Source: Bacteroidota bacterium
Lineage (GTDB): Bacteria > Bacteroidota > Bacteroidia > Flavobacteriales > Flavobacteriaceae
Assembly: GCA_027621505.1 (NCBI GenBank)
Contig: JAQCBK010000001.1
Location: 15,114-79,113, forward strand
DNA: 64,000 nucleotides
Direction: 5' to 3'
Part shown: one piece after another, positions 1 to 11,235 of the stretch
Layout of the letters: the number at the start of each line of letters is the position of its first letter
Position numbering within the stretch: the stretch's first letter is position 1
Made by a program: the position numbers and the translations under genes
The notes under the pieces: model-generated
Database searches by the model: none
Seen by the model: the letters and a program-made list of their open reading frames with translations, nothing else
What the model was told of the DNA's origin: nothing

Positions 1-199
1 AAAAACCTATACATCCGTAGATAAACGCCATAATGGAAATTCGGGTATCGGCCAATCCCAAGGCTTTGTCCAAACCATGCACAGGAAAAGGGGTGTAAAC
101 CTCTTCGATATGGTGCTTTTCATCACGGATCGATTTCACTGCAGACAACAATGTATCGTCGTCGTCGTATAAAGCGTGTATTACTTGATTACTGCTCAT
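1..199 (-). CDS. actD: Alternative complex III subunit ActD (DUF3341), N-terminal part only (runs off window)
   Basis: Minus-strand ATG at 199 overlaps the actC stop as ATGA. Translation is MSSNQVIHALYDDDDTLLSAVKSIRDEKHHIEEVYTPFPVHGLDKALG..., typical of ActD, and it sits downstream of actC. Confidence 0.65.
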   Translation of the reverse strand, partial: MSSNQVIHALYDDDDTLLSAVKSIRDEKHHIEEVYTPFPVHGLDKALGLADTRISIMAFIYGCIGF

Positions 200-1581
200 T
201 CGCCGTCTCTTAATTTTTTATATTTCTCTCCAGAGGATTTCAAGATGGTTTTCACCTCCGCCTGTGCGATGACAGGGAATGTTCTGGAGTAGAGTAAAAA
301 CAATACAAAGAAAAATCCAATGGTTCCTATGAAAATTCCTATGTCCACAAAGGTGGGAGAGAACATGGTCCAAGAGGAAGGAAGATAATCTCTGTGTAAG
401 GAAGTTACGATGATAACAAATCGCTCGAACCACATGCCTATGTTTACCACTATGGAAATGATAAAGGAAAATACAATACTGGTTCTCAGTTTTTTAAACC
501 ACATGAACTGTGGTGAAAACACATTACAGGTCATCATCGACCAATAGGCCCACCAGTAAGGTCCGGTCGCCCTGTTGAGGAAGGCATACTGCTCATATTC
601 AACCCCTGAGTACCATGCGATAAAAAGCTCCGTAATATAAGCAACCCCCACAATGGATCCAGTAATCATGATGACGATGTTCATCAATTCGATATGTTGT
701 ACGGTAATGTAATCTTCCAAATGGGAAACCTTCCGCATGATAATGAGTAGGGTTTGTACCATGGCAAAACCAGAGAAAATGGCACCTGCAACGAAGTAAG
801 GTGGAAAAATGGTGGTGTGCCAGCCAGGAATTACCGAAGTGGCAAAGTCAAAGGATACAATGGTATGTACAGAGAGTACCAAAGGTGTTGCCAATCCTGC
901 CAATACCAATGAAACTTCTTCAAAACGCTGCCAGTCTTTAGCCCTACCCGACCATCCAAAACTCAGGAGGCTGTATATTTTCTTCTGAAAAGGCTTGATG
1001 GCTCGGTCGCGGATCATTGCAAAATCTGGCAACAGGCCTGTCCACCAAAAGACCAAGGAAACAGACAAATAGGTAGATATTGCAAATACGTCCCACAAAA
1101 GAGGAGAATTAAAATTCACCCAAAGGGATCCAAAGGTGTTAGGAATGGGCAATACCCAATAAGCCAACCATGGTCTTCCCATGTGAATGATGGGAAATAG
1201 TCCAGCTTGAATCACAGAGAAAATGGTCATGGCCTCCGCAGAGCGGTTGATGGCCATTCTCCATTTTTGACGGAATAATAAGAGAACGGCGGAAATAAGG
1301 GTTCCAGCATGACCGATCCCTACCCACCAAACGAAATTGGTAATGTCCCAAGCCCATCCTACAGTCTTGTTCAATCCCCAAGTACCGATACCAGTACCTA
1401 TGGTGTAGGCGATACACCCCAGCCCCCAAAGGAACGCAGTAAGCGCAATTCCAAAAACGATCCACCATTGGCGATTGGCTTTTCCCTCAACTGGAGCAGC
1501 AACATCAACTGTTACGTCGTGATAGGTCTTGTCGCCAGTGACCAAAGGTTTTCTTATAGGTGCTTCGTAATGAGATGCCAT
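196..1581 (-). CDS. actC: Alternative complex III membrane subunit ActC (NrfD/PsrC-like quinol-interacting polytopic protein)
   Basis: 461 aa, highly hydrophobic multi-TM protein with NrfD-like sequence, directly downstream of actB. Confidence 0.85.
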   Translation of the reverse strand: MASHYEAPIRKPLVTGDKTYHDVTVDVAAPVEGKANRQWWIVFGIALTAFLWGLGCIAYTIGTGIGTWGLNKTVGWAWDITNFVWWVGIGHAGTLISAVLLLFRQKWRMAINRSAEAMTIFSVIQAGLFPIIHMGRPWLAYWVLPIPNTFGSLWVNFNSPLLWDVFAISTYLSVSLVFWWTGLLPDFAMIRDRAIKPFQKKIYSLLSFGWSGRAKDWQRFEEVSLVLAGLATPLVLSVHTIVSFDFATSVIPGWHTTIFPPYFVAGAIFSGFAMVQTLLIIMRKVSHLEDYITVQHIELMNIVIMITGSIVGVAYITELFIAWYSGVEYEQYAFLNRATGPYWWAYWSMMTCNVFSPQFMWFKKLRTSIVFSFIISIVVNIGMWFERFVIIVTSLHRDYLPSSWTMFSPTFVDIGIFIGTIGFFFVLFLLYSRTFPVIAQAEVKTILKSSGEKYKKLRDGE

Positions 1582-1601
1582 ACGATTATTTTTTTCTAAT
1601 T

Positions 1602-4600
1602 CTAAGATTCGTCTGTGTTTCTTACCATCGCTTGGTACATAACATTGGGCTTGGTACCAACACTTTCCAAAAGGTGGTACATTCTGTCATCTTTCTTTAA
1701 GGCTGCTACTTTGCTTTCTTTGTCATTGATGTCACCAAAAACAATAGCGCCACTGCTACAGGCATTGGAGCAAGCGGTTTGGAACTCACCATCCTCGATG
1801 GCTCTTCCGTCCAACTTGGCATCCAAAATTGTTTTTTGTGTCATTTGAATACACAACGAACATTTTTCCATTACTCCTCTCGAACGGACCACCACATCAG
1901 GATTGAGAACCATACGACCCAAGTCGTTGTTCATGTGATAATCGAACTCATCGTTTTTGTTGTAGAGGAACCAATTGAATCTTCTGACTTTATAGGGGCA
2001 GTTGTTTGCACAATAACGCGTTCCAACGCATCGGTTGTAAGCCATGTGGTTCTGACCTTGTCTTCCGTGTGAAGATGCCGCTACTGGACAAACCGTCTCA
2101 CAAGGAGCATGATTACAATGTTGACACATGACGGGTTGAAAAGCGACCTGAGGATTTTCGGAAGCGGATTCCATTCCACCAAATGTAGTCAACGAATCCC
2201 CTATCCCGGAGATATCCTCCTTCGTTTGGTAGTCTTCTCCAAAAGTTTCTCCCGAGGAATAATAACGATCAATCCGCAACCAGTGCATGTCTCTCGACTT
2301 TCTGATTTCTTTTTTGCCAACCACTGGCACATTGTTTTCTGAATGACAAGCAATTACACAAGCACCACAGCCAGTACAGGCGTTTAAATCAATGGACATA
2401 TTGAAGTGATGACCGATAGAACGATCAAATGATTGCCACATGTCCACCTCCGATGAAGTTACCTCATATTCAATATGATTTTTGGAAACCTTAGGAATGG
2501 GGTTCCAATATTCTTTTTCTTTGGTGTTAAAAATCTCCAAAGTAGTTTCTTTGATGATGTCTCTCCCCATCATGGTATTGTGCAACTGAACACAAGCAAA
2601 CTCATGGTAGCCCTCCGCAGGAGCTATGCTTACGTTTTGAACCGAATCAAAATCATTGTAGAGGGGATAAGCGTTTACTCCTACCTGCATTTCGTCTTGT
2701 AAACCTTTTCGCTCACCATAACCAAACGCCAAGCCTACTGTTCCCTTGGCTTGACCAGGTTGAATCAGTACAGGTACAACGAGGCTTTTTCCTCCAACCG
2801 TTATTTTGGCATAACTGCCATTCAAAGCACCATCGGCTACATTGACATTCTTCAATCCAATTTGGGCTGCATCATTAGCGGATACGGTCAGATAATTGTC
2901 CCAAGACACCCTTGAGATGGGATCAGGGAATTCCTGAAGCCAGGGGTTATTGGCCTGTTGTCCATCACCCATACCGGTTTTACTGTATAGAACCAATGAC
3001 ATAGGAACGGAAGTTGCTTTGGATAGTGCTGCTACTTGGTTATTGACCTCAAAAGAAACATTCTCATAAACCATCGAATCATCCCCGGAAAGATAACCAT
3101 CGTGTAAAGTCTGGTTCCATGAGCTTCCGTTGAGCATTTTTTCCGTCCAATGGGATTTGATTTCTTTGTAATAGGAGCTATCACTTCCTGAAAGTTTTAG
3201 CAGAACATCCTGAAACTGTTGGGTATCAAAAAGTGGACGAATGGTTGGTTGTGCCAGCGCATAATGTCCTTTTTTGAATTCATAGTCACCCCAGCTTTCA
3301 AGATAGTGAGGTGTCGCAGCAACAAATTGGGAATTCGTTGCCGTTTCATCTTCTTTGAGCGCAAAGGCAACTGACAATTCCAATTGGGAAAGTGCAGCCG
3401 TAAACGCCGCTGCATTGGGAAGGGTAAAGCTAGGATTGACTCCAACGGTGATCAATCCATTTATTTTACCACTTTCCATATCGTCCACCAACTGGGAAAC
3501 TGATTTGTGATTGCCTTGGCGAATCAATTTCGGTTGGGCAGTGTCAATCACATTGGATCCTAAATGTTTATTGATTGCCAAAACAACTTCCTGCGCAGCA
3601 ACATCTTCAACACCAGAGACCAAGACTGCTTTGGATCCAGATTTTTTAAGCCTCTTCACCACTTTGGCTACAACTTTTTGAAGCTGTGGACTCAGATTGC
3701 TCTTTGAGGAGGCAGCTGTTAACTGCGCATAAATCTCAGCAATTATTTTTTTCATTCCAGCAGGATCAACAGGAATTCTGTGATCCGCATTGGCTCCTGA
3801 AAGGGTCATATTGGATTCAAACTGAATATGGTAGGACATCTCAGATTTACCGTGGTGTTTTTTGGGAACACGACTTTTAGCATATCCACTGTCAAATCCT
3901 CCCCCTTGCCAATCTCCCAAGAAATCAGCTCCAACAGATACGATGGTCTCCGCCTTGGAGAAATCATAATCCGCCAAAGCACGAACACCATAGATGTTTT
4001 CAAAAGCCTCCAAAGCAGCATTACAAGAGATCGGGTCATAAATGACATGACGTACATTTGGAAATTGCCCAATGAAGTTATCAATGATGACTTGAGTAGT
4101 GGGACTGGCAAAAGTCTGTGTTAGTAGTACCACGGGCTTATCAGCAAGGGACATGGCTTTTAACTTGTCTCCAACTTGGCTGTAAAAATCGCTCCAACTT
4201 ACTTCTTTACCTCCCGCCTTGGGTCCTTGCAAGCGCTGAATGTCATACAAAGAGAGGACGGAGGCATGAATCCTCGCATTTCCTCCCCCCATGGTGGGTG
4301 CCTGTTTGTTGTTTTCAACTTTGATGGGACGACCTTCACGGGTTTTGATAAGAATGCTACCAAAATCATAACCGTCAGCAATGGCTGTGGCATAATAATT
4401 TGCCTTACCGGGAATGATTTGTTCGGGTTGTACCACATAAGGCACAGATTTGATCACTGGGCCTTCACAAGCAGCCAAGCTTGCCGCAGCAGTGCTGAAT
4501 CCAACGTATTTCAAAAAATCCCTACGGTTGGTGTTGGATTCACTCATGGTTTGTTCATCTCCCAAAAACTCGTCTACTGGAATTTTGTCTACAAATTCAT

Positions 4601-4679
4601 TTTGTTCCAGCCGCTTCACCAACTCATTGTTCTTGTCGAGTTGCGCTGTGCTTTTCCAATAAACTTTATTTGACGACAT
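1602..4679 (-). CDS. actB: Alternative complex III subunit ActB (molybdopterin-oxidoreductase-like plus 4Fe-4S ferredoxin domains)
   Basis: 1025 aa with Tat-type signal RRDFLKYVGFSTAAASLAAC. Fe-S motifs CTGCGACVIAC and CQHCNHAPCETVCP. Confidence 0.9.
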   Translation of the reverse strand: MSSNKVYWKSTAQLDKNNELVKRLEQNEFVDKIPVDEFLGDEQTMSESNTNRRDFLKYVGFSTAAASLAACEGPVIKSVPYVVQPEQIIPGKANYYATAIADGYDFGSILIKTREGRPIKVENNKQAPTMGGGNARIHASVLSLYDIQRLQGPKAGGKEVSWSDFYSQVGDKLKAMSLADKPVVLLTQTFASPTTQVIIDNFIGQFPNVRHVIYDPISCNAALEAFENIYGVRALADYDFSKAETIVSVGADFLGDWQGGGFDSGYAKSRVPKKHHGKSEMSYHIQFESNMTLSGANADHRIPVDPAGMKKIIAEIYAQLTAASSKSNLSPQLQKVVAKVVKRLKKSGSKAVLVSGVEDVAAQEVVLAINKHLGSNVIDTAQPKLIRQGNHKSVSQLVDDMESGKINGLITVGVNPSFTLPNAAAFTAALSQLELSVAFALKEDETATNSQFVAATPHYLESWGDYEFKKGHYALAQPTIRPLFDTQQFQDVLLKLSGSDSSYYKEIKSHWTEKMLNGSSWNQTLHDGYLSGDDSMVYENVSFEVNNQVAALSKATSVPMSLVLYSKTGMGDGQQANNPWLQEFPDPISRVSWDNYLTVSANDAAQIGLKNVNVADGALNGSYAKITVGGKSLVVPVLIQPGQAKGTVGLAFGYGERKGLQDEMQVGVNAYPLYNDFDSVQNVSIAPAEGYHEFACVQLHNTMMGRDIIKETTLEIFNTKEKEYWNPIPKVSKNHIEYEVTSSEVDMWQSFDRSIGHHFNMSIDLNACTGCGACVIACHSENNVPVVGKKEIRKSRDMHWLRIDRYYSSGETFGEDYQTKEDISGIGDSLTTFGGMESASENPQVAFQPVMCQHCNHAPCETVCPVAASSHGRQGQNHMAYNRCVGTRYCANNCPYKVRRFNWFLYNKNDEFDYHMNNDLGRMVLNPDVVVRSRGVMEKCSLCIQMTQKTILDAKLDGRAIEDGEFQTACSNACSSGAIVFGDINDKESKVAALKKDDRMYHLLESVGTKPNVMYQAMVRNTDES

Positions 4680-4697
4680 ATTTTATTTTGACGTTTG

Positions 4698-6032
4698 TTA
4701 ATAATGACATTTACCACACTCCAAACCACCCATCTGCGCGACAGTCAGCTTTTCAACTCCATATTTTTTAGACAACTCCTCATGGATTTTGGCATAATAT
4801 TCATTGTCTTGGAGTTTCACATTGGTTTCTCGATGACAATTGATACACCAACCCATGGTCAAAGATGAATGTTGATACATGACCTCCATTTCCTCAACAG
4901 GGCCATGGCAAGTTTGACATTCTATACCCCCAACTTGAACGTGTTGAGCGTGGTTGAAATAAACAAAATCAGGAAGGTTGTGAATTCTTACCCATTTGAC
5001 AGGTTTGGACTCACCAGTGTAGGCTTGGTTTTCTTCATTCCATCCAACAGCGTCATAAAGTTTTTTAATTTCTTTGGTGTAAAATTCTTTGGTATATCCG
5101 TTTTCAACATCCTCTTCCCCGTTATACTCTGCAATGTTTTTATGGCAGTTCATACAGACGTTTAATGAGGGTATTCCAGAATGTTTGGAAACCCTAGCTG
5201 AAGAATGACAATACTTACATTCAATTTGATTTGCTCCAGCATGTATTTTATGAGAATAATGTATGGGCTGAACCGGCATATAGCCCTGATCAATTCCAAC
5301 TTGCATTAAGTATCCATACACAAAATAGGCGCTGCTGAGTAGAAAACCAATGACCATTAAGAATATCAAAAATTGGTTTTGCGCCACCACCTTCCATAGC
5401 GGAGGACGTTTTTCCTTGGAGCGTGGTGTAATATCTACTCCACTAGCAACCGCAATTCGCTTGAGTGTCTTCTGAACCAAAAATAACATGACCACCAACA
5501 TCAGGAAGACCAAGGACAATGCCCCCAAGATCAAATTATTATTCATTCCTGATCCAGAAGCGGCAGCGGCAGGTTGCTGCGTCGCAGCCGAAGCGGCTGT
5601 GGCTGGAGGGGTGTAGTCCGTATACGCTAAAATATTGTCAATGTCCGCATTGGACAACATCGGAAAGGCATTCATCGCCACTTTGTTGTACTCCTCCCAT
5701 ACAGCAACCGCTTGCGCATCTCCAGCTTTGATCATCGCTGAACTGTTTTTGATCCAACTGTAGAGCCATTCTCGATCGTATTTCGCAGAAACACCTTTCA
5801 AAGCAGGACCAACCGCTTTCTTATTTAGCTTGTGACATGAGGCACAATTGGCGTTGAAAAGATTTTTTCCAGCTTGAACATCAGCTTCTTGAGCTAGTGA
5901 ACTCGTAATTGGAAAAAAAGTAAAAAATAAAAATAAGAATACAACGGAAGCGTTTGTTTGCCAACTGGAAGTATATTCCTGAAATTTGTTTGTTAAGGAC
6001 AACAATATGATAGTATCTAAAATCCGCAACAA
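4698..6032 (-). CDS. actA: Alternative complex III multihaem cytochrome c ActA with an N-terminal class-I-like cytochrome c domain (6 CxxCH)
   Basis: CxxCH motifs CASCH, CKYCH, CMNCH, CQTCH, CINCH and CGKCH, with a central TM helix. There is no in-frame ATG before the first haem motif, so the start is a non-ATG codon (TTG at 6032, 6029, 6005 or 6002) and is unresolved. Confidence 0.8.
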   Translation of the reverse strand: MLRILDTIILLSLTNKFQEYTSSWQTNASVVFLFLFFTFFPITSSLAQEADVQAGKNLFNANCASCHKLNKKAVGPALKGVSAKYDREWLYSWIKNSSAMIKAGDAQAVAVWEEYNKVAMNAFPMLSNADIDNILAYTDYTPPATAASAATQQPAAAASGSGMNNNLILGALSLVFLMLVVMLFLVQKTLKRIAVASGVDITPRSKEKRPPLWKVVAQNQFLIFLMVIGFLLSSAYFVYGYLMQVGIDQGYMPVQPIHYSHKIHAGANQIECKYCHSSARVSKHSGIPSLNVCMNCHKNIAEYNGEEDVENGYTKEFYTKEIKKLYDAVGWNEENQAYTGESKPVKWVRIHNLPDFVYFNHAQHVQVGGIECQTCHGPVEEMEVMYQHSSLTMGWCINCHRETNVKLQDNEYYAKIHEELSKKYGVEKLTVAQMGGLECGKCHY

Positions 6033-6037
6033 ATTTA
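6030..6037 (-). promoter_or_regulatory. Candidate Bacteroidota -7 promoter element (TAAATTTG) for the act operon
   Basis: Minus-strand TAAATTTG matches TAnnTTTG. It overlaps the most upstream TTG of the actA ORF, which argues for a more downstream start codon. Confidence 0.3.
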
Positions 6038-6163
6038 AGTGATAGACTTGTTAACTTAAAACCTAAAATTTAACATTTTTGTAATTTATATTGATTCTAA
6101 ATTACTGTTTAATTTATTCCTTTATTGTTCCGGTTTTTTTTGATTTTTTTGTTCTTTTGTGAG

Positions 6164-6556
6164 ATGAAAAAAACCAGCTGTGCCACTTTAATAACTGCAG
6201 TATTGTGCTTTTTTCCCCTTGTGGAAATAAGCGCTCAAAAGGGAGCGACCAACATTAAACAGGATTCAACCATCACCCAACTGATGGAGACCAAAAAACA
6301 GATAGATGCTGAGGTATACGCTTCAACATTTTATACCATCCAACTTTTCTATGGGGACAATAAAACTGCAGTAGAACTTTTTGAAAAATTCAAAGAGGAA
6401 TTCCCAGATTGGGATGCGGATTTAAGTTTTGAAACTCCGAACTATAAAGTCCAAGTAGGTCAATTCAAAGATTACTACTTTGGCTTGAATAAACTTAGGG
6501 AGATCAAGAAGGTTTATCCTGCCGCTTTTTTATTAGAGAGTAAGGCGACCTATTAA
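6164..6556 (+). CDS. SPOR-domain protein with signal peptide
   Basis: [25 protein letters not shown] signal followed by C-terminal [13 protein letters not shown]...[15 protein letters not shown], a SPOR-like fold signature. ATG at 6164 is preferred over TTG at 6125. Confidence 0.6.
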   Translation: MKKTSCATLITAVLCFFPLVEISAQKGATNIKQDSTITQLMETKKQIDAEVYASTFYTIQLFYGDNKTAVELFEKFKEEFPDWDADLSFETPNYKVQVGQFKDYYFGLNKLREIKKVYPAAFLLESKATY

Positions 6557-9252
6557 AGTTTCTTTTTAATCGCTACTTCTTGGAAGCACTCTAACATATC
6601 AGCCTCCATGATGTCATTAAAATTCTTGATCTGAATTCCACAATCATATCCTTTTGCCACCTCTTTGACATCATCTTTGAATCGCTTGAGGGAGGCTAGT
6701 TTTCCAGTAAATACAACCACGCCTTCACGAATCAAACGAATCCCTGAGTTTCGATAAATTTTACCGCTGGTCACCATACATCCAGCAATGGTTCCTACCC
6801 GAGAAATTTTATAGGTTTCTCTAATTTCGGCAGTCCCGGTGATTTCCTCTTTCATCTCGGGTGACAACATGCCTTCCATAGCATCTTTTACATCGTTGAT
6901 GGCATCGTAGATAATGGAATAGGAGCGGATGTCAATTTCTTCCTTGTCAGCAAGGGTTCTTGCATTTCCCATTGGCCTCACGTTGAATCCAATCACAATG
7001 GCATCTGATGCAGAGGCCAGCAGTACGTCAGACTCGGTGATAGCACCAACCCCTTTGTGGATAATATTGACTTGAATCTCCTCTGTTGAAAGTTTCTGAA
7101 GTGAGTCCGTTAGGGCTTCTACAGAACCGTCAACGTCCCCCTTCAAAATCATATTCAATTCTTTGAACTCTCCCAAGGCAATTCTTCTGCCGATTTCATC
7201 CAAGGTAATGTGTCTTTGGGTTCTTACGTTCTGCTCTCTTAATAGCTGAGTTCTTTTCGCCGCAATTTGTTTGGCTTCCTTCTCATCCTCAAGGACATAG
7301 AAGTTATCTCCTGCTTGTGGTGCTCCATCCAATCCCAAAATAGAAACGGGTGTGGAGGGAGGTACAGCTTCCAGAGGGTTCCCTCTCTCGTCGAACATTG
7401 CCTTTACCTTACCACTGTGTTTTCCTGCCAAAATATAATCCCCAATTTGGAGCGTACCGGTTTGAACCAAAATGGTTGAAACGTAACCTCGACCTTTGTC
7501 TAGATAAGCTTCAACGACGGTTCCCTTCGACTTTCGATTGGGATTTGCTTTAAGTTCTAAAAGCTCAGCCTCCAACAATACTTTTTCCAACAACTCAGAG
7601 ATACCAGTACCTTTAAGGGCCGAGATGTCTTGAGATTGGATTTTACCTCCCCACTCTTCTACCATCAGATTCATTCCTGCTAAAGCCTCTTTGATTTTAT
7701 CGGGATTCGCATTGGGTTTATCCACCTTGTTAATCGCAAAAATCAAGGGAACTCCAGCGGCTTGTGCGTGGCTGATGGCTTCTTTGGTTTGCGGCATAAT
7801 ATCGTCATCGGCAGCAATCACAATAATGACAATGTCAGTCAATTGAGCACCTCTAGCCCGCATGGCGGTGAAGGCCTCGTGACCTGGAGTATCCAGGAAT
7901 GTGATTTTTTGTTGGTCTTTGAGGGTGACCGAATAAGCGCCAATGTGCTGTGTAATCCCTCCAGATTCTCCAGCGATTACATTTTCCTCTCGGATATAAT
8001 CCAATAATGAAGTTTTACCATGGTCTACGTGACCCATGACAGTTACAATAGCGGCGCGTGGCTGAAGATCTTCTTCTTCATCCTCGGACTCTTCTATACT
8101 TTCCTCCAGCTCTGTTTTAACAAATTCAATCTGATAGCCAAATTCTTCAGCCACAATACTGAGGGTCTCAGCATCCAATCTTTGGTTCATGGTTACCATG
8201 ATTCCCAAGGTCATACAAGCGGAGATGATCTCATTGATATTGACCTCCATTAAAGTGGCAATTTCACCAACAGTAATAAATTCTGTCACTTTCAAAATTT
8301 TACTACTGGCCTCTTGTTCTGCTAACTCATCCTCCGATTTTTGTCGGTGCTGATCTCTTTTGTCTCTCCTGTACTTGGCGCCTTTGGATTTGTTGGATTT
8401 CCCTTGAAGTTTTTCTAGGGTTTCACGAATTTGCTTTTGTACCTCTTCGTCAGAGGGTTCTTCCTTTACCGTTTGAGTATTGGGACGATTTTTTTGATTC
8501 CCTCCTCCGGTATTTTGATTTCTACCATTTCGATTGGGAGGTTTGGCCGTGGGTTCTTTACTGATTCTCTTTCGCTTGCGCTTTCTGGCCTCCTCAACCC
8601 CTTTTTCTTTCTTTTTAAACTCCTCCAAATCAATGGTTTGACCGGTCTTCTTCGGGCCCGATAAAGTTTTGTATTGGGTCTTGATAGCACTTGGATCTGC
8701 TGTGCCTTCTGCAGAGGCAGCAGTAGGTGTGATAGATTCAGTGGCAGTGCGCTCCTCCTTCTTTTCTTCTTTAACAGCTTCAGGAGCCAGTTTATCTTCT
8801 ACTTTTTTAGTCTTGTCGGTAGTTGCATCCGAAACGACTTCCTTTGGGGGTTCGGCCTCTGCAGTCGCTTCTGGAGGGGCTGCGGGTTGGGTCGAACCAG
8901 ATCCAAGATCAATTTTTCCCAATGTAACGGGCTTTTTAATCAACGCCTTGGCCCTGATGACTTCCCGATTTTGTTGCTGTTCTTGGCGTTCTTGTTCTTT
9001 TTTCTCTTGAAGAATTCTCAGGCTTTCCTTTTCCTTTTTCTTTTCCTCACTGATCTCGTGTGAAGCATCTTTTTTGGATTTATCCGTTTCAAATTCATCC
9101 AAAAGTATTTGATATACCTCTTGTGAAATTTTGGTAGTAGGTCGACTTTCAATTTCAATATTTTGTTGCGCCAGAAACTCTACGGCACGATCCAGAGATA
9201 TATTTAATTCCCTTAACGCAACATTTAATCTAATGGTTGAAGTGTCTGCCAT
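6553..9252 (-). CDS. infB: Translation initiation factor IF-2
   Basis: 899 aa with GTPase motif [16 protein letters not shown] and DTPGHEAF, and a low-complexity K/E-rich N-terminal region. Sits downstream of nusA. Confidence 0.97.
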   Translation of the reverse strand: MADTSTIRLNVALRELNISLDRAVEFLAQQNIEIESRPTTKISQEVYQILLDEFETDKSKKDASHEISEEKKKEKESLRILQEKKEQERQEQQQNREVIRAKALIKKPVTLGKIDLGSGSTQPAAPPEATAEAEPPKEVVSDATTDKTKKVEDKLAPEAVKEEKKEERTATESITPTAASAEGTADPSAIKTQYKTLSGPKKTGQTIDLEEFKKKEKGVEEARKRKRKRISKEPTAKPPNRNGRNQNTGGGNQKNRPNTQTVKEEPSDEEVQKQIRETLEKLQGKSNKSKGAKYRRDKRDQHRQKSEDELAEQEASSKILKVTEFITVGEIATLMEVNINEIISACMTLGIMVTMNQRLDAETLSIVAEEFGYQIEFVKTELEESIEESEDEEEDLQPRAAIVTVMGHVDHGKTSLLDYIREENVIAGESGGITQHIGAYSVTLKDQQKITFLDTPGHEAFTAMRARGAQLTDIVIIVIAADDDIMPQTKEAISHAQAAGVPLIFAINKVDKPNANPDKIKEALAGMNLMVEEWGGKIQSQDISALKGTGISELLEKVLLEAELLELKANPNRKSKGTVVEAYLDKGRGYVSTILVQTGTLQIGDYILAGKHSGKVKAMFDERGNPLEAVPPSTPVSILGLDGAPQAGDNFYVLEDEKEAKQIAAKRTQLLREQNVRTQRHITLDEIGRRIALGEFKELNMILKGDVDGSVEALTDSLQKLSTEEIQVNIIHKGVGAITESDVLLASASDAIVIGFNVRPMGNARTLADKEEIDIRSYSIIYDAINDVKDAMEGMLSPEMKEEITGTAEIRETYKISRVGTIAGCMVTSGKIYRNSGIRLIREGVVVFTGKLASLKRFKDDVKEVAKGYDCGIQIKNFNDIMEADMLECFQEVAIKKKL

Positions 9253-9293
9253 ATATACCTTTTACTTTTCAAAAGTAGGAAAAATCCCTACGT

Positions 9294-10526
9294 TTATTCC
9301 TCAAATTCTGCTTTTAAAATTTGTAGTACCTCCGCTACAGTCTCCTCTTCCAAATCGGTTCTCTTGATCAAATCCGAAGTGTCGAGTTCCAAAATACTCT
9401 TGGCGGTGTCTAGACCTACTTTTTTAAATTCATCAATTACCCAAGCATCGATTTCATCTCTAAATTCAGTTAATTCAACATCTTCTTCAACGCCTTCACG
9501 ATAAACGTCGATTTCATAGCCTGTTAGTTTTCCTGCCAGCCGTATGTTGTGCCCTCCTCTTCCAATTGCTTTGGATACCTCCTCGGGATTCAAAAAAACC
9601 TGAACACTTTTATTTTCCTCATCAATCTTCAAGGAATTGATTTTAGCTGGACTCAATGCCCGTGTGATAAACAACTGAAGGTTATTGGTGTAATTGATAA
9701 CATCGATGTTCTCATTTCCCAACTCCCTGACAATTCCATGAATTCTCGATCCTTTCATTCCTACACAAGCGCCTACGGGGTCGATGCGGTCATCGTAGGA
9801 ATCAACTGCCACCTTTGCTTTTTCTCCAGGAATTCTCACTGCCTTTTTGATGGTAATCAAACCGTCGAAAACTTCTGGAATCTCTTGCTCAAATAGTTTT
9901 TCCAGGAATACAGGAGAAGTACGAGAAAGAATGATTCTCGGCTTATTTCCTCTCAACTCAACCAAATCGATAACCCCTCGAACATTGTCTCCCTTTCGGA
10001 AAAAATCATTGGGAATCTGACGATCCTTTGGCAAGATAATCTCATTACCATCGTCGTCCAGTAAAATCACTTCGCGATTTCTGATGTGATGAACCTCTGC
10101 GGTATATAGCTCTCCGATTCTATCTTTGAACTGATTAAAAGTGTTGGTGCTATCGTGTTCAAATATTTTCGAGATAAGATTTTGCCTTAAGGTTTGAATA
10201 GATCTTCTTCCCAAGTCAACCAATTTTACTTCTTCAGACACGTCTTCCCCCACCTCAAAATCTGGTTCTATTCTCTGGGCCTCAGTCAACTCAATTTCTT
10301 GGTTAGCATCCTCAACCTCTCCATCCTTGACAACGATTCTATTTCTCCATATTTCCAAATCACCTTTGTCTGGGTTAATAATGATATCGAAATTTTCATC
10401 CGAGCCAAACTTTCTTTTAAGGGTATTTCTAAAAACCTCTTCGATTATTACCATTAGGGTAACCCTATCAATCAATTTTTCATCTTTAAACTCTGAAAAA
10501 GACTCAATGAGTGCTAAATTCTCCAT
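9294..10526 (-). CDS. nusA: Transcription termination/antitermination factor NusA
   Basis: 410 aa with S1 and KH domains (GACVGMKGSRI, AIGRGGHNIRLA) in the rimP-nusA-infB synteny. Confidence 0.97.
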   Translation of the reverse strand: MENLALIESFSEFKDEKLIDRVTLMVIIEEVFRNTLKRKFGSDENFDIIINPDKGDLEIWRNRIVVKDGEVEDANQEIELTEAQRIEPDFEVGEDVSEEVKLVDLGRRSIQTLRQNLISKIFEHDSTNTFNQFKDRIGELYTAEVHHIRNREVILLDDDGNEIILPKDRQIPNDFFRKGDNVRGVIDLVELRGNKPRIILSRTSPVFLEKLFEQEIPEVFDGLITIKKAVRIPGEKAKVAVDSYDDRIDPVGACVGMKGSRIHGIVRELGNENIDVINYTNNLQLFITRALSPAKINSLKIDEENKSVQVFLNPEEVSKAIGRGGHNIRLAGKLTGYEIDVYREGVEEDVELTEFRDEIDAWVIDEFKKVGLDTAKSILELDTSDLIKRTDLEEETVAEVLQILKAEFEE

Positions 10527-10536
10527 TTCTGAATAT

Positions 10537-11004
10537 TTAAAATTTTACCATTACCCGCGTTTGATTGATTTCGTCAAACGTCAGGGTTTTATTTTTGATT
10601 ACTGTTACTTTTCCTTTCCCGATAGGCTTTGGCTCACGCTGTTTCCACTCCAATTGAATGGCATCAGATTCTACCTTTGTCAAAGCTCCTTCATATTTTA
10701 ATCCATCTTTGGAAATAACCTCCAGTTTTCGGCCAATATTTTTATGGTATTGACGAGGAAACTTCAATGGGCTTCCAACTCCAGCTGAAGCTACTTCCAA
10801 ACTAAAATCATGCGCATCTCTATCCAAAGCCGTTTCAATGGCCCTACTGATATTGATACAATCCTTAACATTGACCTCCACATCCCCGTCCAAAATTATT
10901 TTGATGGATCGATCGGAAGCTATTTTGAGATCTACCAAAAAAATAGCGGGATGTTCCTCCAACGCTTTATTCAATAAATGCTCAACAAGTTGATTAAAAT
11001 TCAT
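10537..11004 (-). CDS. rimP: Ribosome maturation factor RimP
   Basis: 155 aa, located immediately upstream of nusA, with RimP-like sequence (LEVASAGVGSPLKFPRQY). Confidence 0.9.
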   Translation of the reverse strand: MNFNQLVEHLLNKALEEHPAIFLVDLKIASDRSIKIILDGDVEVNVKDCINISRAIETALDRDAHDFSLEVASAGVGSPLKFPRQYHKNIGRKLEVISKDGLKYEGALTKVESDAIQLEWKQREPKPIGKGKVTVIKNKTLTFDEINQTRVMVKF

Positions 11005-11058
11005 TTCAAAAAAAAGAGGGACTCAATGGTCGCCTCTCTGTGTTTTACAAAATGCGCA

Positions 11059-11066
11059 CAAATATA
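11059..11066 (-). promoter_or_regulatory. Candidate -7 promoter element (TATATTTG) for rimP-nusA-infB
   Basis: Minus-strand TATATTTG matches the Bacteroidota TAnnTTTG consensus, about 55 nt upstream of the rimP ATG. Confidence 0.35.
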
Positions 11067-11199
11067 GTAATTTTAATTAAACCAATTAATTTCCTTACAC
11101 TTGGTCCTTGAAAAAATTTGTTTTGAGTAATGAAATCTCGAGGTTTAAAAATTGAAGCAATTTCTTTATTCAGTCCATAGTATTGGCTGAATTTTAGGC

Positions 11200-11207
11200 T
11201 ATATTTG
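11200..11207 (+). promoter_or_regulatory. Candidate -7 promoter element (TATATTTG) for the VWA/AAA+ pair
   Basis: TATATTTG lies 28 nt upstream of the ATG at 11236. Confidence 0.35.
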
Positions 11208-11235
11208 ATAAAAATTGCTAAAAAGAATATTCTGA

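Noticed and set aside
8431-9063. Several plus-strand ORFs (77-129 aa) opposite the infB N-terminal region
   Set aside because: They mirror the low-complexity K/E/A-rich IF-2 linker, where the repetitive composition keeps alternative frames open. There is no independent evidence for them.
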